DNA of 63,066 bases, counting the filler, from Octopus bimaculoides (lineage: Eukaryota), in assembly GCF_001194135.2 (NCBI RefSeq). It is 6 parts of 5 records of this genome, joined end to end, with 100 filler letters (N's around TTAATTAATTAA, not from the genome) between each part and the next. Parts side by side here need not be neighbours in the genome. Positions count along the whole stretch, not along the records: positions 60,805 to 63,066 come from NC_068987.1; 5 more parts are not named here. One strand, given 5' to 3'. Shown here piece by piece: positions 61,534 to 63,066 of this stretch (position 1 is its first letter; every line of letters starts with the position of its first letter). A program made the translations under genes and the position numbers. The notes below the pieces were generated by a model. The model saw only the letters and a list, made by a program, of their open reading frames with translations. It searched no databases and had not been told where the DNA came from.

Positions 61534-62934
61534 ATATCTTACTTTTCGTTTCTCTAAGTATTTACCGAAATATTTGTGTTTCTAACGGCACCTGTTCATC
61601 TAACTGTCATTGCTCCGGGACACACTTTTCTTATTGTATTTTTTTTGTCTTTAAATCATTTCATTATATTCTATATCAATATATTCGGAAGTATTGAAGC
61701 AGTTTGCGCTATTGCTGCTTTTGTGTTTAGTTCCTCTTATCGCTGTTTCATATTTAAGATTTATTATACGTCTAAAAGATATGTGGAATACAGATTTGGA
61801 AAGAGAAATACATACAGTTCTGACCATATTTCCTGTTTTATCTCTATCAGCACTACGTCTTGTCCTTTTGCCAGGACATTTAATAGGGATAACAGGAACT
61901 GAATGTGATCTGAACACCCGTGTATCCATCACTGCCTGAGGAGAGATTCCAATCTCAAATATCTTGAACACCTTTATTTAGAATCTTTTATTTAGATCTT
62001 TATGCCCGTTTCAGTTTCCACTTACTGTTTGTCGTTTTATGACTATTTGGTTGTACTCCGAGCTTTTCATCTTCCGGATGTTGCATTCCTTACTGTTAGA
62101 CGAGACGAATGAAACTCTTCAGCCTAATTAGAAACAAACAGAGGCAAGTGATCAAGACAAAACAAGATGTTAATTAACAATGTATAAGTTTGTCGCCTTT
62201 ATCCAAACCTTCAAGAATAGATGTCTATAAAGTCATTTCTATATGAGATTAGTCACAGAAATCATAATTTTTCGTCCTAATTATCCGCCGGATATCATAC
62301 TCTAACCAACACTCAAACATAGTAACTCTATTTTTATTCCACCGATGTTCGACACGATATTCATGTTTTGTTCCAAAGAAATGGTCAAATATCATTTTCA
62401 CCTATCGTACGCCACGAACCTTATCGTTATCACTTCTCATGTTGTGATACGCTTCACCTTCAGTCAACTGTTTGCATCACTACATCTTATCCATTCTATT
62501 CTAATGAATGTCCTTAGATAAATACACCAACGGTTTTAGACAATCACCTTCAAAATTTTCATTAATTTAGAGTAATGCCTGTGTAATGATAAATGTGTTT
62601 TATTAAGTGCTTGTTTATGTCTATGGCCGTATAGATGATGATGCTTTGGGGCAGCTCTTCATTTTCTTTTCTGGATTGGTATGCGATTTTGTTTGGTGTG
62701 GCGTTTGAAATGTTGGTGGTATCTCAACTGTTGAAGATATTTCTGGGTGTGGTTGTTTCGAATATAAGCACAGGATTGAAATATGGAGGAGAGGAATTAG
62801 TTGACTATATCAACTTCAGTGTTAATCTGGTACTTGTCATCTCCGAAATGATGAAAGGCAAATTCAACCGCGGCGGGATTTAAGCTCACAGCGCAAAGAT
62901 CCGGAACATTAATTCTGTCAGTTAAACGCCTTAA

Positions 62935-62972
62935 TATTAATAATAATAATAACAATAATAATAATGATGATG

Positions 62973-63029
<57 letters not shown>

Positions 63030-63050
63030 TAATAATAATAATAATTATTA
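62935..63050. repeat. (AAT)n microsatellite
   Basis: Direct reading. Confidence 0.95.
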
Positions 63051-63066
63051 TTTATTTATTTGCCAC

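Noticed and set aside
61576-61971. Three overlapping 81-108 aa ORFs on both strands
   Set aside because: Non-ATG starts, no recognisable domain and no consistent splice model; kept only as context for the low-confidence finding at 61541-62123.

Overview
Eukaryotic, AT-rich, microsatellite- and transposon-dense genomic DNA. The repeat repertoire looks like an octopod cephalopod; this is my inference and cannot be confirmed here. The window is six assembled segments joined by artificial 100-nt linkers (44 N + TTAATTAATTAA + 44 N), plus many ordinary N gaps. Only one host coding exon is well supported: a minus-strand first coding exon (40024-40558) of an unidentified secreted or membrane protein with a signal-like hydrophobic stretch, four N-glycosylation sequons and an R-x-K-R convertase-type site. 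The rest is mostly decayed mobile DNA: RTE and CR1-type LINE 3' ends, a Ty3/gypsy fragment, mariner transposase relics, hAT and Merlin-like MITEs, several tRNA-derived SINE families and Penelope-like element (PLE) pieces. The most interesting signal is absent from the ORF track. At least seven minimal type-I hammerhead ribozyme motifs from three or four distinct repeat families can be folded by eye (5818, 7406, 31262, 36649, 43245, 44681, 51138). Most have a self-complementary stem III. One has a fully canonical core, one has a long structured stem-II extension, and one family is linked in cis to a GIY-YIG endonuclease fragment and a tRNA-like head. Several long palindromes appear to be inverted ends of the same ribozyme-bearing elements. 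PLE-associated hammerheads are known in general; whether these particular families are described or active needs checking. Repeat boundaries are approximate unless a TSD or TIR is quoted.
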